Below are positions 46,805 to 57,857 of a stretch of DNA of 64,000 bases, piece by piece; the stretch's first letter is position 1; each line of letters opens with the position of its first letter. This stretch comes from Myxococcota bacterium. GTDB lineage: Bacteria; Myxococcota_A; SURF-8. The stretch spans positions 3,136,001 to 3,200,000 of the forward strand of contig OZ223209.1 of NCBI GenBank assembly GCA_965140415.1, given 5' to 3'. Under the pieces are notes generated by a model. That model ran no database searches. It saw only the letters and a program-made list of their open reading frames with translations, and was not told where the DNA came from. The position numbers were made by a program, and so were the translations under genes.

Positions 46805-49633
46805 ATGACACGCACAATCTTGTTGTATTCTTTGTTGTTGCTTTCCGTTTTTCTGAACGGCTGCAAGCTGGAATTCCAGATCCCGGATGATGAGGAATCC
46901 CCTTGCTCCCAGCAGCAACCGGGAGATTGCACCTGCCCAAATGGAGATACCGATTTACCTGCCTTAGATGGGGATTCGGAGGGCTCCGATTCCCCTTTCA
47001 TTACGGATGGTGATTCCGCAGAGAACACAGAAACCGACGGGGACAAAATCGATGGGGATGTGCCGGACGGCGACGGCATCATTCCCGATGGCGATGATGT
47101 CACTCCTGACGGAGACAATATTTTCCCCGATGGAGATGCAGAAGAAGACATGGAAAAGGAAGAGGAAACGCTCCCGGAAGCGACTCCACTACCCGCTTCC
47201 ATTTCGCAAGTTACCAGCAGTACGATAGCCTTTACCTGGGAAGCTGATAAAGAAATCCTCTCCGTTAGGATCGAAATCGGAGCGGAGCCGCCTTCATCAT
47301 CTGTTGGAGAAATGCCAGCTCCGGTGAAAACAATCGAATTGGATGACGATCCCGAAGTTTATGTCTTCGATCAACTCGCTCCCGGCGTTCATCATTTCAT
47401 TCGCATTACGGCTGAAACGCAAGAGGATGAACTGGTCGCAGTTCTGCATGCACGCACCGAAGGTGGTCCGAGGGTTCTATTGGATACGGCGGTTCGATCC
47501 ACTTTCTTAGCGGCCCCGGATATTCTGGCTGTCGTACTGGCGAATGGAGATGGTCCCACCTATCAGGATGGTCCGTGGAGTGTCATTCGTGAAAATGGCG
47601 ATGAGATCTCGGTTCAAGAGATTCATCGACGATCAATCCCGGTGGGAGCACCGGAATATGATATCGGTTGGGGTGCCCCCTATTCCGATTCGGTAATCGA
47701 TGTCGATCACACCATTTACCTGCAACTGGAAGAGCCGGTTGGCAATCGGGAAATACTGACTGTCAACGGACCGGATGAAATCGATTTCGACCTGTTTTAC
47801 AGCGACCGTTATCTCGAAACTACGGCGATTCAGGTCAATCAGGTTGGTTATAGTCCACGAGCAACGCAGCGCTATGCTTATGTGTATTCCTTCCTGGGAG
47901 ACGGTGGAGTTCATGACCTTATGAATTTCCCGGCTGACGCCAATGTTTTAAAGGAAGGTCGGGATGGCAAAAGAGTGATGGCTGAAAGTGGGCTTGCGAT
48001 TTCCCTGCGAACGACCAATGATCCCGACGCCGGTGGCGCCGTTGCCGACATCGACATCGCCGGATTGACCGCAAACGAAGAAAAGAACTATTTCATTCAG
48101 GTGCCTGGTGTTGGCGTTTCTTTTCCAACGATGGTCAGCGAAAAAGCCGTGTTCAAATCCTTTTTCACTGCTGCGCGTGGACTTTTTCACAATCGCTGGG
48201 GAGGCGATCTGAAACCGGAATGTACGGAATGGTCAAGACCTGCCGATCATCCTACGGTTTACACGGCAGAGGAAATGGACTTCACGAAAATGTACCCGGA
48301 AGACACTCCGACCGAGGGCGAACGTCCTTTGGCTGGCGGGTACCACGATGCGGGCGACTTCGACCAGCGTCCCACGCATACGATTATTCCGATGGTGCTC
48401 ATGAGCGCCTACGAACTTCAAAGCGAGCGCTTTACGGATTCGCAACTCGTACTGCCTGAAAGCGGTAACGGCATCCCGGATCTGTTGGACGAAGCACTTT
48501 GGGGAGTCAACGCCTGGGCCGCCTTGCAGGATGAAAACGGCAGCGTTCGCATGGGAGTTGAATCTTTCAGACATCCGTGGGGATTTTATCTTGCCAACGA
48601 AGATCCCCTGCCCTACTGGACCTTTGCAGCGCATCAGAACATCACTGCGCGCGCGGCGGGTCTGTTCGCCCAAGCTGCCAGACTCGTGGCTCCCTTCGAT
48701 TCCGAGCGCGCGGCGCAGTTGCAAGATCGCGCGGAGCGCGCCTATGCGTTTGTTACAACCAATCCGGCGGCAATTGCGTACATGCTTTATTGTGCCGGTG
48801 AAATGTACAAACTGACTGGCGAGTCCAAATACCGCGAGGATTTTGAAACAGCATGGTATCGCATGGGAGACTATGGGGCATTCCATCGCATTGCGTTAGA
48901 CTACCAGGTCACACTTAATGCGATGCTGACTGCTCTGACCGATCACGATGCCGCCTTTGCCAAGGCCGACTATTTAACGGCCTATCTGCAAAGTGACGAA
49001 ATCGATGTAAACATTCGCGAAACCAGCCGTACGTTCCTGCGCCAGGGCCTGGAAACGATGCGCAACAACTTGAACAACAATTTCGGCCATCGCAATCCGC
49101 GAAGAACCGACATCTCCATTACCTGGGGGAAAGCTTCCTCTCTTGGCACCTATGCAGAGGCGGCTGTCGCGATTTTACGCTTGCGCAATCAGAGTACGGA
49201 ATGGGAACAGCAGGCATTCGATATGCTCTCCTTAAGCGCCGACTTCATGCTGGGCTGCAATCCGTTGGGCATTACATTCTACACCGGACTGGGAAGTCGT
49301 CCTCCGGAAGAACCCCTGCATCTGGATTCACTGGTATACATAAAACAAGGTCTGGGTCCGGTTCCTGGCATCCCCGTTTTCGGACCGACCAACGGTCCCC
49401 TGGTTCACTACTGGGTGCAACCGACCTTGGATGAGTTCTATCCGCAGATTACGGCGTTACCTCTTCTGTTGCGTTTTGGAGATGTGCGTACGATTGTAGA
49501 GTGCAGCGAATCGACAACCTGGGGAGATTATGGACCGAACATGAAGGTGTTCGCGACACTTCTTGCAGGCGGAATGACACCGCCTGCCAGTTGGCTGCCG
49601 GGCGGGGAAGACCATCGGAATCCGCTGCCGTAA
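46805..49633 (+). CDS. Glycoside hydrolase family 9 lipoprotein with DGD linker and Ig/FN3-like domains
   Basis: Lipobox LNGC; IQVNQVGY (CelD-N Ig), GGYHDAGDFD, PESGNGIPDLLDEALWG, LGCNPLGITFYTGLG. Confidence 0.85.
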   Translation: MTRTILLYSLLLLSVFLNGCKLEFQIPDDEESPCSQQQPGDCTCPNGDTDLPALDGDSEGSDSPFITDGDSAENTETDGDKIDGDVPDGDGIIPDGDDVTPDGDNIFPDGDAEEDMEKEEETLPEATPLPASISQVTSSTIAFTWEADKEILSVRIEIGAEPPSSSVGEMPAPVKTIELDDDPEVYVFDQLAPGVHHFIRITAETQEDELVAVLHARTEGGPRVLLDTAVRSTFLAAPDILAVVLANGDGPTYQDGPWSVIRENGDEISVQEIHRRSIPVGAPEYDIGWGAPYSDSVIDVDHTIYLQLEEPVGNREILTVNGPDEIDFDLFYSDRYLETTAIQVNQVGYSPRATQRYAYVYSFLGDGGVHDLMNFPADANVLKEGRDGKRVMAESGLAISLRTTNDPDAGGAVADIDIAGLTANEEKNYFIQVPGVGVSFPTMVSEKAVFKSFFTAARGLFHNRWGGDLKPECTEWSRPADHPTVYTAEEMDFTKMYPEDTPTEGERPLAGGYHDAGDFDQRPTHTIIPMVLMSAYELQSERFTDSQLVLPESGNGIPDLLDEALWGVNAWAALQDENGSVRMGVESFRHPWGFYLANEDPLPYWTFAAHQNITARAAGLFAQAARLVAPFDSERAAQLQDRAERAYAFVTTNPAAIAYMLYCAGEMYKLTGESKYREDFETAWYRMGDYGAFHRIALDYQVTLNAMLTALTDHDAAFAKADYLTAYLQSDEIDVNIRETSRTFLRQGLETMRNNLNNNFGHRNPRRTDISITWGKASSLGTYAEAAVAILRLRNQSTEWEQQAFDMLSLSADFMLGCNPLGITFYTGLGSRPPEEPLHLDSLVYIKQGLGPVPGIPVFGPTNGPLVHYWVQPTLDEFYPQITALPLLLRFGDVRTIVECSESTTWGDYGPNMKVFATLLAGGMTPPASWLPGGEDHRNPLP

Positions 49634-49699
49634 TATTCAAGAAACAAGTACTCCTAAAATTTTAGCTTTTCATAAATGGAGTGGCAAGCCGGAAGAAAT

Positions 49700-51946
49700 T
49701 TAATTTCTCTTCCGGTTTGCCATGAAATTACAGGGAAGATCCATGTGGAAACGGGTATAGTGATTTACTTCGCTTTCGTAGCTCAATTCGCCACCATGGT
49801 CCTGCATCAGGCCGTAGCTGACCGACAGTCCCAGCCCCGTGCCCTTGTCGCGAGGTTTGGTGGTAAAGAAAGGATCGAATATCCGGCGACTGTTACTGGG
49901 GTCAATTCCACGGCCATTGTCCTGAACCGTAGTTCGAATGTATAGCTCGCCATCGCGGTCCACTCGCGAACAACTGATTTGGATCAGCTTTTTCCCAACT
50001 TCGCCATTGTAACGTTCGTTTAGTGCATCCCTTGCATTCGTAATCAGGTTCAACAGTACCTGCTTAACCTGTTGACTGCGGCAGGTTAATTGAGGCAGAT
50101 CTGGACCAAAGGCCAATTCCAGTTCGATATGATCTTTTTCCAGTACCTTGTGGATAAGAGAAACCGTGGACCGCACGATCTGTTCGATTTCATGCTTTCC
50201 GTGAATTTCTTCCACCTGCGATGCGAAGGAAAGTAAATTGGCTACGATACCGGCGATTCGCTTGCTCTCGGACTTGATTTCATCCGAGTAGTGTTGCACT
50301 TTGTCAATTTGATCGGCACAGGAGGAAATCAACTCGCCATAGTTCATAATGATGTTGATCGGATTGTTGATCTCATGCGCGATTCCGCTTGCAAGCGTTC
50401 CGATCGCTTCCAACTTTTGCTGGTTACTTAATTGTGCCTGCGTGCGCTTGCGCTCCGTGATGTCTCGCGAAACCCCTTGAAGCTTGACCGGGATACCATT
50501 ATCGTCCCGAATCAACTGCGAGTTCACTTCGATCCAAACAGAATGACCGTCTTTGTGTATATGCTCGATCTCTGCCGATTGCTGATCGATGCCGTTTTGA
50601 ATGCCAAGTGCAAGATGATTTGCGATGGCTTCGATTCCTTCCGGAGTGACGACATCTTCCATATTCAGATTCTTGGCTTCTTCGACGGTATATCCAAGCT
50701 GCTGCTGGATCGATGGGGTGATATAGGTCGTTTTCATACTCATGTCCCGGACCCAGTAGACATCGGAAACGTTTTCTGCAAACAACTTGAGGATTTCCTC
50801 GCTTTCACGCAGTGCCTGTTCTGCCAGTTTGCGTTCATGAATATCACGTGCCACGGTTACAATCGAGACGACTTCTTTCTCATGATTCTGTACCGCTTTC
50901 GCGGAAAGAAGAAACCAGCGCACACCCAATTTCGTATTTCCGCGCAACTCTATCGTGCAGGTATGCGGAGGTTCAACCAACAACTGCCAGGTATCCCGCA
51001 AGCGTTGGTGGTCGTCCGGATGGATCAAATCGAAGTAGTTCTGGTTTGTTAGTTCCTTTGCTGTTTTGTCGAACAGATCACAAAAAGGAGGGTTGACATA
51101 TAAAAGTTTATCGTCGCGGCTGACTTTAACGACCGGATCGATTTGATGCTCGATCAATAAACGATAGCTTTCCTCGCTCTCTTTCAGTGCCAATAGTGCC
51201 TGCTTTTGAGGCGTAATGTCATGCACCAGGGTGATGATCCAAATGCTGCCATCTTGAAAACGAACCGGGATCTTTCTCGTTTCGGTAAATACCACCTGAC
51301 TATTGACTACATTCGAATCTTCCGTTGTCAGGCTTCGACCTTGCTTTAATACCGCCCGGTATTCCTCCATCACACTATCGTCGAGAATGGGAAAGATTTC
51401 CTTTAAGCTTTTTCCCACGACTTCCGAATTATCAACGCCCAAGGCGGCACACCATTGCAAACCGGCTTTGTTGATCAAGCGGACTCGGAGATCTTCGTCC
51501 ATTACATGAACGATATCCTGTATTCCGTCGACCAGGGGTTTGAACAGGCCAAGAAACACGTCTGCACTGAGTTGGTTTGGTTCTGCACTCAAAACCTGAT
51601 CTTTAACGACAATCAGTATTAGGGGAGTATCAAAGCCGTTCAGAATACTGACATGCCAACGTTGCTGCCGCATGTCTCCTTTATTCGTCGAGACATTAAC
51701 GATGCCGCTCCAAGGAGTATCATTTTGGAGAAAAGAGGAAATGTCATCCCAGGAGGTAGCTCCTGGTACCTTCTTAAAAAGCTTATGGATCGGTTCGCCT
51801 TGGATTTCACCTTGAGACATGCCGAAGGACATTGCTGCCAAGGCATTGTGAGCCGAGATCACGCCATCGCCATCAACGATGATTGCAGGGTCCGGCAAAC
51901 TGTCCAAAAACGGATAGCAACTAGATTGATGCAGGTTTTCTTTCAT
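49700..51946 (-). CDS. Cytoplasmic multi-PAS sensor histidine kinase
   Basis: Four PAS-like domains; IGTLASGIAHEINNP, NARDA, DNGRGI, FFTTK...GTGLGL. Confidence 0.93.
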   Translation of the reverse strand: MKENLHQSSCYPFLDSLPDPAIIVDGDGVISAHNALAAMSFGMSQGEIQGEPIHKLFKKVPGATSWDDISSFLQNDTPWSGIVNVSTNKGDMRQQRWHVSILNGFDTPLILIVVKDQVLSAEPNQLSADVFLGLFKPLVDGIQDIVHVMDEDLRVRLINKAGLQWCAALGVDNSEVVGKSLKEIFPILDDSVMEEYRAVLKQGRSLTTEDSNVVNSQVVFTETRKIPVRFQDGSIWIITLVHDITPQKQALLALKESEESYRLLIEHQIDPVVKVSRDDKLLYVNPPFCDLFDKTAKELTNQNYFDLIHPDDHQRLRDTWQLLVEPPHTCTIELRGNTKLGVRWFLLSAKAVQNHEKEVVSIVTVARDIHERKLAEQALRESEEILKLFAENVSDVYWVRDMSMKTTYITPSIQQQLGYTVEEAKNLNMEDVVTPEGIEAIANHLALGIQNGIDQQSAEIEHIHKDGHSVWIEVNSQLIRDDNGIPVKLQGVSRDITERKRTQAQLSNQQKLEAIGTLASGIAHEINNPINIIMNYGELISSCADQIDKVQHYSDEIKSESKRIAGIVANLLSFASQVEEIHGKHEIEQIVRSTVSLIHKVLEKDHIELELAFGPDLPQLTCRSQQVKQVLLNLITNARDALNERYNGEVGKKLIQISCSRVDRDGELYIRTTVQDNGRGIDPSNSRRIFDPFFTTKPRDKGTGLGLSVSYGLMQDHGGELSYESEVNHYTRFHMDLPCNFMANRKRN

Positions 51947-52020
51947 GAAGGAACGATTCCCTTCCTATTTGTACTTCATCAATAAAGTTTCAAGAAGCTT
52001 ACTGGCAAAGGAAAGTATCC

Positions 52021-53811
52021 CTATTCTGCAACAGTAAACTTTTGCTGCAAACAGAATTCAGGGTAAACATTCTCCCGTGTGTATTTCCCATCTTTTTTCA
52101 CCAGTTGCGGAAAAATCAAGCCTCTTCCCAACGGAGATTCTTTGGTGCGTTCTTCGATTTCCGCCTTTTTAGGATCGGAATAGCAATAGGTCTCTCGTAA
52201 TTTGAACGCACTCTGCTTGTCTCCTGCCGCTTTCAAGTCGGCCACCGTTTTCAGCATATCGCAGATGACATTCGATACATTCTCGAAATTCAACCGGTAA
52301 CGTTCTTTTCCTTCTTCAACCAGGGATTCGATTGCGCCATGATCCATGAAGTAGTGCCACATCATGTTGCGAGCCTGGGTATGGGCTTGATTCGGTTCGA
52401 ATTTCAGTGACGTAATCATGGAAAGCAACATACTGTAATGCGAAGCCATCGCCAGTTCTTTGGAGATTACACCGGATTCTGACAGACGTTCTGCCGCCCA
52501 CATGCCGAATAGTTCCGCACGCGCTTCTTCCAAAGGACTGTATTCCGCCTCGAGGTAATCGCGGGGTTCTCCCTGATGCTCGGGATCCTGTTTGCCGGTG
52601 GTATGCCCGATTTCATGCAGCGCGGAATGCACCTGTCCCGCTTCAAACAGTTGGTCTGCAAAGGTATCCACGACCTCTTTTACCAGGAACTCTTTGGCGA
52701 TCAGATCGCCGCTGATCGAATGCACCGCCTTTCCGGTATTGCGATACACCATGTTGACCGTACCGATGTTTTTCCCCACCCATTCGTCGTTCGGTAAAGA
52801 TTGAGCGATGGTGGTCATGGGTCCGGTAACATAATCCCCGCTCCAGGTGGCGACATCGACGAATTTGAGCCTTGGCAGAGCTTCCGGGTCGATTTCCGTA
52901 CGACGATGAGTCCAGGGGGCGTTCTTTTCTAGATCCGGCACATTGCTTATAATCGATTTCAGTAGCGCATCCGCATCCCGATTCAGTACCGTGACATTGC
53001 CTGAAGCCGCGCCCTTGGCATTTTTCCAGTTGTCCAGATACACTTCAATCGCAGTTGAAATAATGATGTCAATGGGACTGTCGTGGCGCACCCAATGATA
53101 ATCCGCCAGGCGCCTGGCCTGTTCCGTTCCCGATTTGAGTTCTTCGATCTTTGCGTCCAGATATAATTGGAAACTGATATTCGAACTATAGCTTCGTGCC
53201 TCTTTAAGATGCGAAATCGCCCTTTCGCAGAATGGACGATAGCGTTTTTCATTCAAGACGCTGTATGGCTTGCCGCTTTCGTCTCGGAGCACGGATGCAT
53301 TGACGCAACGACCCGCTTTGCCCAATTCCTCCAATTCCTGTTCGGAAAGATCCTCCGGGTAATAATTGGCGCGGTCTGAAAGCGAAACGGGAGAAAAGAG
53401 AAATTCCCGAATTTCATTGAAGCTTTCTTCTACACCCGCCTGTTTTGCCAGTTCCAGCGCCTTTTCGGGCGCCAACTGCAACAGGTGGTTCTTTCTAGGT
53501 AACAGCGCCCAGGGAGCGTTTTGCAGACAAAGCAGATACAGATAGTTGCGTATCGGCTCGCCCTCGTCTTCCTTTGCGGTATCGAGCATGGCCTGTAGAG
53601 TTTCCTGAATCTTCGGAGTGCTTGGGTTGAATTGATCTCTGAAAACGGCGTTCATTTCATTCGCTGCCGCAATAAGATGACCAAGCATCTGGATTTCATC
53701 GTCGCTAAAGCGACCGGAAGCGAAATCGAAATCAACGGTAGTGATTCCCGCACGGCGGGAGGGTTCTTCATGTTGCTGATAGGGAATGAACTCGATTGGT
53801 TTCACTGGCAT
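52021..53811 (-). CDS. Peptidase family M49 (dipeptidyl peptidase III-like) zinc peptidase
   Basis: ANYYPEDL, IEVYLD, AQSLPND, LHEIGH, YSPLEEARAE, AHTQAR. Confidence 0.82.
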   Translation of the reverse strand: MPVKPIEFIPYQQHEEPSRRAGITTVDFDFASGRFSDDEIQMLGHLIAAANEMNAVFRDQFNPSTPKIQETLQAMLDTAKEDEGEPIRNYLYLLCLQNAPWALLPRKNHLLQLAPEKALELAKQAGVEESFNEIREFLFSPVSLSDRANYYPEDLSEQELEELGKAGRCVNASVLRDESGKPYSVLNEKRYRPFCERAISHLKEARSYSSNISFQLYLDAKIEELKSGTEQARRLADYHWVRHDSPIDIIISTAIEVYLDNWKNAKGAASGNVTVLNRDADALLKSIISNVPDLEKNAPWTHRRTEIDPEALPRLKFVDVATWSGDYVTGPMTTIAQSLPNDEWVGKNIGTVNMVYRNTGKAVHSISGDLIAKEFLVKEVVDTFADQLFEAGQVHSALHEIGHTTGKQDPEHQGEPRDYLEAEYSPLEEARAELFGMWAAERLSESGVISKELAMASHYSMLLSMITSLKFEPNQAHTQARNMMWHYFMDHGAIESLVEEGKERYRLNFENVSNVICDMLKTVADLKAAGDKQSAFKLRETYCYSDPKKAEIEERTKESPLGRGLIFPQLVKKDGKYTRENVYPEFCLQQKFTVAE

Positions 53812-53903
53812 TGGTCTCCCTTTCTTTAAGGTGTTAGCGCTTCTGTCGCGCAGATCTATGATTATTTTACGGTCGTTCTATTAAAACTCTTTTCCGTTTG
53901 CCG

Positions 53904-55295
53904 TCAACTTCGCAGTGCTTCGACATCTTCGATGCTCTTGGCGATGCCTTCTCCCAATACGCGCGCGCCGTTTTCCGTTACGAGAACATCATCTTCGATG
54001 CGAATGCCACCAAAGCCAAGGAACTTTTCTACGGATGGGTAGTCGATGAATTCCGCATGTCGCCCTTCTCGTTTCCATCTGTCGATCAAGGCCGGGATAA
54101 AATAAATGCCCGGTTCGATCGTCAACACGAATCCGGTTTGCAACGGTTTTGCAAGGCGCAGATACGAAAGACCGAATTGTTCGGAACGCTGCATTTTCGT
54201 ACCATAGCCGACGGCATCGCCCAGGTCTTCCATGTCATGCACATCCAAACCCAGCATGTGTCCGATTCCATGCGGGAAGAAGAGTGCATGGGCTCCGGCA
54301 TGAACGGCTTCATCCACGTCTCCGCGCATCAATCCCATTTCAATCAATCCGCTGGTTATCTTTCTGGCCGCAGCGAGATGAACGTCCAGGTTCGTTACTC
54401 CCGGCTTGATTGTATCTATCGCAGTTTGTTGTGCTTGAAGAACGATGGCGTATATCTCACGTTGCACTGTCGAAAAGCTGGAAGAAACCGGCCAGCAGCG
54501 GGTGATATCGGAAGCATAGCCTAACGGCGATTCCGCTCCCATATCCATGACAAGCAAGTCCCCTTCTTTTAGCTGGTTGCCGTAATTCAGGTTGTGCAAC
54601 ACTTCGCCACGTATCGAGACAATCGGCAGGTAGGCTTGTTCCCGATTCTCGGCCAAGGCAATACGCTGCGCAGAAGCGGAAATCTCCGCTTCACGCATTC
54701 CGGCAGCAGTGATGCGCATGGCTTGTTCGAAGGCTTGTTTCGTTACGGAAAGTGCGTTCTCGATTTCTGCGATTTCATTCGAATCCTTGATTTCTCGTTG
54801 GCTGACTATGGCGGAAACCAAGGATTCGGAAGCACAGGTTTGAATCTGGTTTGCCGGAAGGCCCATCACGTTATTCAGCAGGAGAACCGTTTCCGCTCTG
54901 CTGGGAGGCGGAAAGTGAACGGTGACGGACTGACCGAGCAATTGTCGCAGTCCCTCGGAAAGTCGTTCGAGCGGCTCAACGTTTTCTAGTCCCGCCTGCT
55001 CTGCCAATTCTCTGAGTTTGGGCTGGGGGCCACTCCAAACTACATCATCGGGAGAAGACTCCAGACCGAAAAGAAACTCCTGCCCATCCGGCAATATCAG
55101 CAAATGCAAATCGGGAAGATTCAGCCCCGTGTAATACAGCATATGGGAGTTCTGCCGGAACGGATAAGCATTGGCCGCATAGGTGCGGGGTGAATCGCTA
55201 TTTCCAGGAATAAGAATCGCGCCTTCGGATAGCTTATCTCTTAAGACTTGACGTCGATGCCGGTAAATACCGCTCTCCATTATTTGATCTCCCAT
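53904..55295 (-). CDS. pepP: Xaa-Pro aminopeptidase (M24B)
   Basis: YPFRQNS..LYYTG, DMGAE, YASDITR, FPHGIGH.LGLDVHD, TIEPGIYF, GIRIEDD. Confidence 0.93.
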   Translation of the reverse strand: MGDQIMESGIYRHRRQVLRDKLSEGAILIPGNSDSPRTYAANAYPFRQNSHMLYYTGLNLPDLHLLILPDGQEFLFGLESSPDDVVWSGPQPKLRELAEQAGLENVEPLERLSEGLRQLLGQSVTVHFPPPSRAETVLLLNNVMGLPANQIQTCASESLVSAIVSQREIKDSNEIAEIENALSVTKQAFEQAMRITAAGMREAEISASAQRIALAENREQAYLPIVSIRGEVLHNLNYGNQLKEGDLLVMDMGAESPLGYASDITRCWPVSSSFSTVQREIYAIVLQAQQTAIDTIKPGVTNLDVHLAAARKITSGLIEMGLMRGDVDEAVHAGAHALFFPHGIGHMLGLDVHDMEDLGDAVGYGTKMQRSEQFGLSYLRLAKPLQTGFVLTIEPGIYFIPALIDRWKREGRHAEFIDYPSVEKFLGFGGIRIEDDVLVTENGARVLGEGIAKSIEDVEALRS

Positions 55296-55485
55296 ACTCA
55301 GGATACAACAATACTCTCAAGTCAGTACTCTAGCGCCATACTTCATTGATTCCAACACTTTTTCATGATCTCTTGTCTTGAAAATTCGAGTTACGTCATT
55401 TGATGAAATGCAATGGAATTATGCGAAGAACAGTGTGCAAAACAAACTGCCTTCTATGCAAATGAACGACCAGCAAGAAAGATGC

Positions 55486-57642
55486 TTAGCGCCTGCTGTT
55501 CGACCAACTCTGCAACAGCAGGTTCAAATCCATCTGGTACATTGCAGATATCGCCTGATTGTCGGATTCTCCGTTGGCAAAGCGCTTGGCGAGAGCGAGT
55601 AAGGATGTCGATTCGTAGTTGTCGCAAAGATAGCCGACGACCGCTGCGGCCTGAGCGCGGGCGGTGGAACTTTGCTGGGAAAGCGCCTGTTTCCACAGGG
55701 GACCGTCCAGGATTGGCGAGGAACCGGCTAATTGAGCCGAAGCACTATACTGATTCGGATAGAGCTTTTCCACAACATGCAGGCCAAAACCTTCCGCAAG
55801 CCAGTCCGGAATCAGGCCTCCACCTATTCGACGAAGAATGTTGTGAGCCAGCAATGCCGAAATAACAGGTTTAAGCATGGGATGGTCGGCCTTTAAGCCT
55901 TTGGCAGGAATTCGAATCGTGTCGCTTTCTCCCTGTGCGGAAAGCGCGAAACTTGCAAGATGATCCGAAAACGGATAGCGTCCATCCAGAACGACTTTGA
56001 ACGTCTCGACCGGATAACTACCAAGCAGCTCTCCGATTTGTGAAAAAGCCGTTTCACCGAACGTTCCAGTCTGCACCAATAGATTTTTATCCTGTATGCC
56101 AAACGAGCGGATCCGAAAATGAGAATGAGAGGAAATGTGATCCAATACATTCAGGTTTTCAATGGGAACTGGTTCCTTGGATGGTTCTACCTTATCGGTT
56201 TCCTTTGCTTCTGCTTTTAGTACTGCGTGGGCTTTCACTGCGGTTTTTTGCGACTCCGGTTCGGAATAGTAATTATTGGAAACGATGAAAACCAGAACGG
56301 CAATCAGCAACACTCCCAAACCGATTCCCACACGCACCCATTTCACGTTCAAGGAACGTTCGGGTTTGTTCGCCGGTTCTGAAGACAATCGTGTAGATTC
56401 CGAGCCCGGCTTGTCCAGTTCGCCGGAAAGCCCGATCATGGTAAGCGTTTTTCTGCTTTGACCGATTTTGACTTTCCGAACGCCGCTTTTTCGCAGTTCG
56501 ACTTCCGCTCCCATTTGATAAAATTTGGATTGAAGGATCTTGGCTTTCTCGTATGCCAACTTTGTCGCCAATAACAGGGGGAGCCTTTGAAGCATCTGCT
56601 TGATTAGAGCGACGGGCTTCTTTGTCGTTCGTTCCATGTACTGAGCGACACGCAGGTTGGCTTCCGGACCTTGAAAGCCTGTTACATGAACCGAATACAA
56701 GACCTCTTCCTGTTCCTGCTCGCCTAGTTCCGTTTTGCATGAACTGCACTGCCCTTCTTCGGACAAGGAAACGTTGCAGCCGCAGTTCTGACAAAACACC
56801 CACTTCCCGCCAGTAAAACGTGATTCCGAATTTGCAATGGTGTTGAGTTCCTGAATGATCTTGCCGTAATCCGAAATCCGATCGTCGGGAGATTTCGCCA
56901 TCATGCTTTCAATCAGGCGACACAATGATGCTGGATAATCAGGATTGATACTCGATATCGAGGGGACAGGTTCCTGGACGTGTTTCATCAACACGCCGAC
57001 GGTCGTATCCGACTGATACGGCGGATGCCCGACCAATAATTCGAAATAGGTAATACCAAGGGAGTAAAGATCGGAGCGATAGTCAATCGTTTGTCCGCGA
57101 GCTTGCTCCGGACTCAGATAGTTTGGAGTTCCCAAGGCGATGCCGGTTTGCGTTAACGTCGAGTCGCCTTCCTGCAACTTCGCCAACCCGAAATCCACAA
57201 GCTTCACGCGCCCGCGATCCTCGATCATGATGTTGCCGGGTTTTACATCACGATGCAGCACTCCCTTTTCCGAGGAAAACTGCAACGCCTTGGCCGTTTG
57301 GATCATGATGTTGAGCACCTGCTCCCCGGACAGCAACATGCGCTGCTTGACGACATCGGCCAGCGATACGCCATCGATGTATTCCATCGCGTAATAGGGA
57401 ATGTTTTTCGGCGTTCGCCCGATGAAGAACACATGCGCGATATTGGGATGCCGCAAATTTGCGGCAGCCTGTGCTTCTCTTTCGAAACGGGAAAGGTTTT
57501 CTTGATCGGCCAGGCAGTTCGGCGACAAGACCTTGATCGCCACTTTCATCTGAAGGCTTTCATCAAGACCTTCATAAACCGCCCCCATGGCCCCTTCCCC
57601 AAGTTTTCGCTGCACCGTATAGTGACCGATACGTTGGGTCAT
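55486..57642 (-). CDS. Hanks-type Ser/Thr kinase with zinc ribbon, L7/L12-CTD-like domain, TM and external peptidase-MA-like domain
   Basis: LGEGAMGAVY, VAIK, HRDVKPGN, DFG, GTPNYLSPEQ; CQNC...CSSC; TM; PDWLAEGFG. Confidence 0.9.
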   Translation of the reverse strand: MTQRIGHYTVQRKLGEGAMGAVYEGLDESLQMKVAIKVLSPNCLADQENLSRFEREAQAAANLRHPNIAHVFFIGRTPKNIPYYAMEYIDGVSLADVVKQRMLLSGEQVLNIMIQTAKALQFSSEKGVLHRDVKPGNIMIEDRGRVKLVDFGLAKLQEGDSTLTQTGIALGTPNYLSPEQARGQTIDYRSDLYSLGITYFELLVGHPPYQSDTTVGVLMKHVQEPVPSISSINPDYPASLCRLIESMMAKSPDDRISDYGKIIQELNTIANSESRFTGGKWVFCQNCGCNVSLSEEGQCSSCKTELGEQEQEEVLYSVHVTGFQGPEANLRVAQYMERTTKKPVALIKQMLQRLPLLLATKLAYEKAKILQSKFYQMGAEVELRKSGVRKVKIGQSRKTLTMIGLSGELDKPGSESTRLSSEPANKPERSLNVKWVRVGIGLGVLLIAVLVFIVSNNYYSEPESQKTAVKAHAVLKAEAKETDKVEPSKEPVPIENLNVLDHISSHSHFRIRSFGIQDKNLLVQTGTFGETAFSQIGELLGSYPVETFKVVLDGRYPFSDHLASFALSAQGESDTIRIPAKGLKADHPMLKPVISALLAHNILRRIGGGLIPDWLAEGFGLHVVEKLYPNQYSASAQLAGSSPILDGPLWKQALSQQSSTARAQAAAVVGYLCDNYESTSLLALAKRFANGESDNQAISAMYQMDLNLLLQSWSNSRR

Positions 57643-57857
57643 GACCCCCTCGTCAAAGCAATATGAACGTTTTCCATACTAATAAGAACGATTTAAAATA
57701 CCGCAAGATGGGATTCTTGTCAATTTAGAGAATTGCTTTAAACGCTTACGTCGTTTGACGCTTCCCCCACTTCATATTCTGAGGATGGCTAAACAATGAA
57801 CGGCAGATTTCCAATCGAAAAACCTGCCTTAATGCCTGTTTGTTTTGTGTTTGGCTG

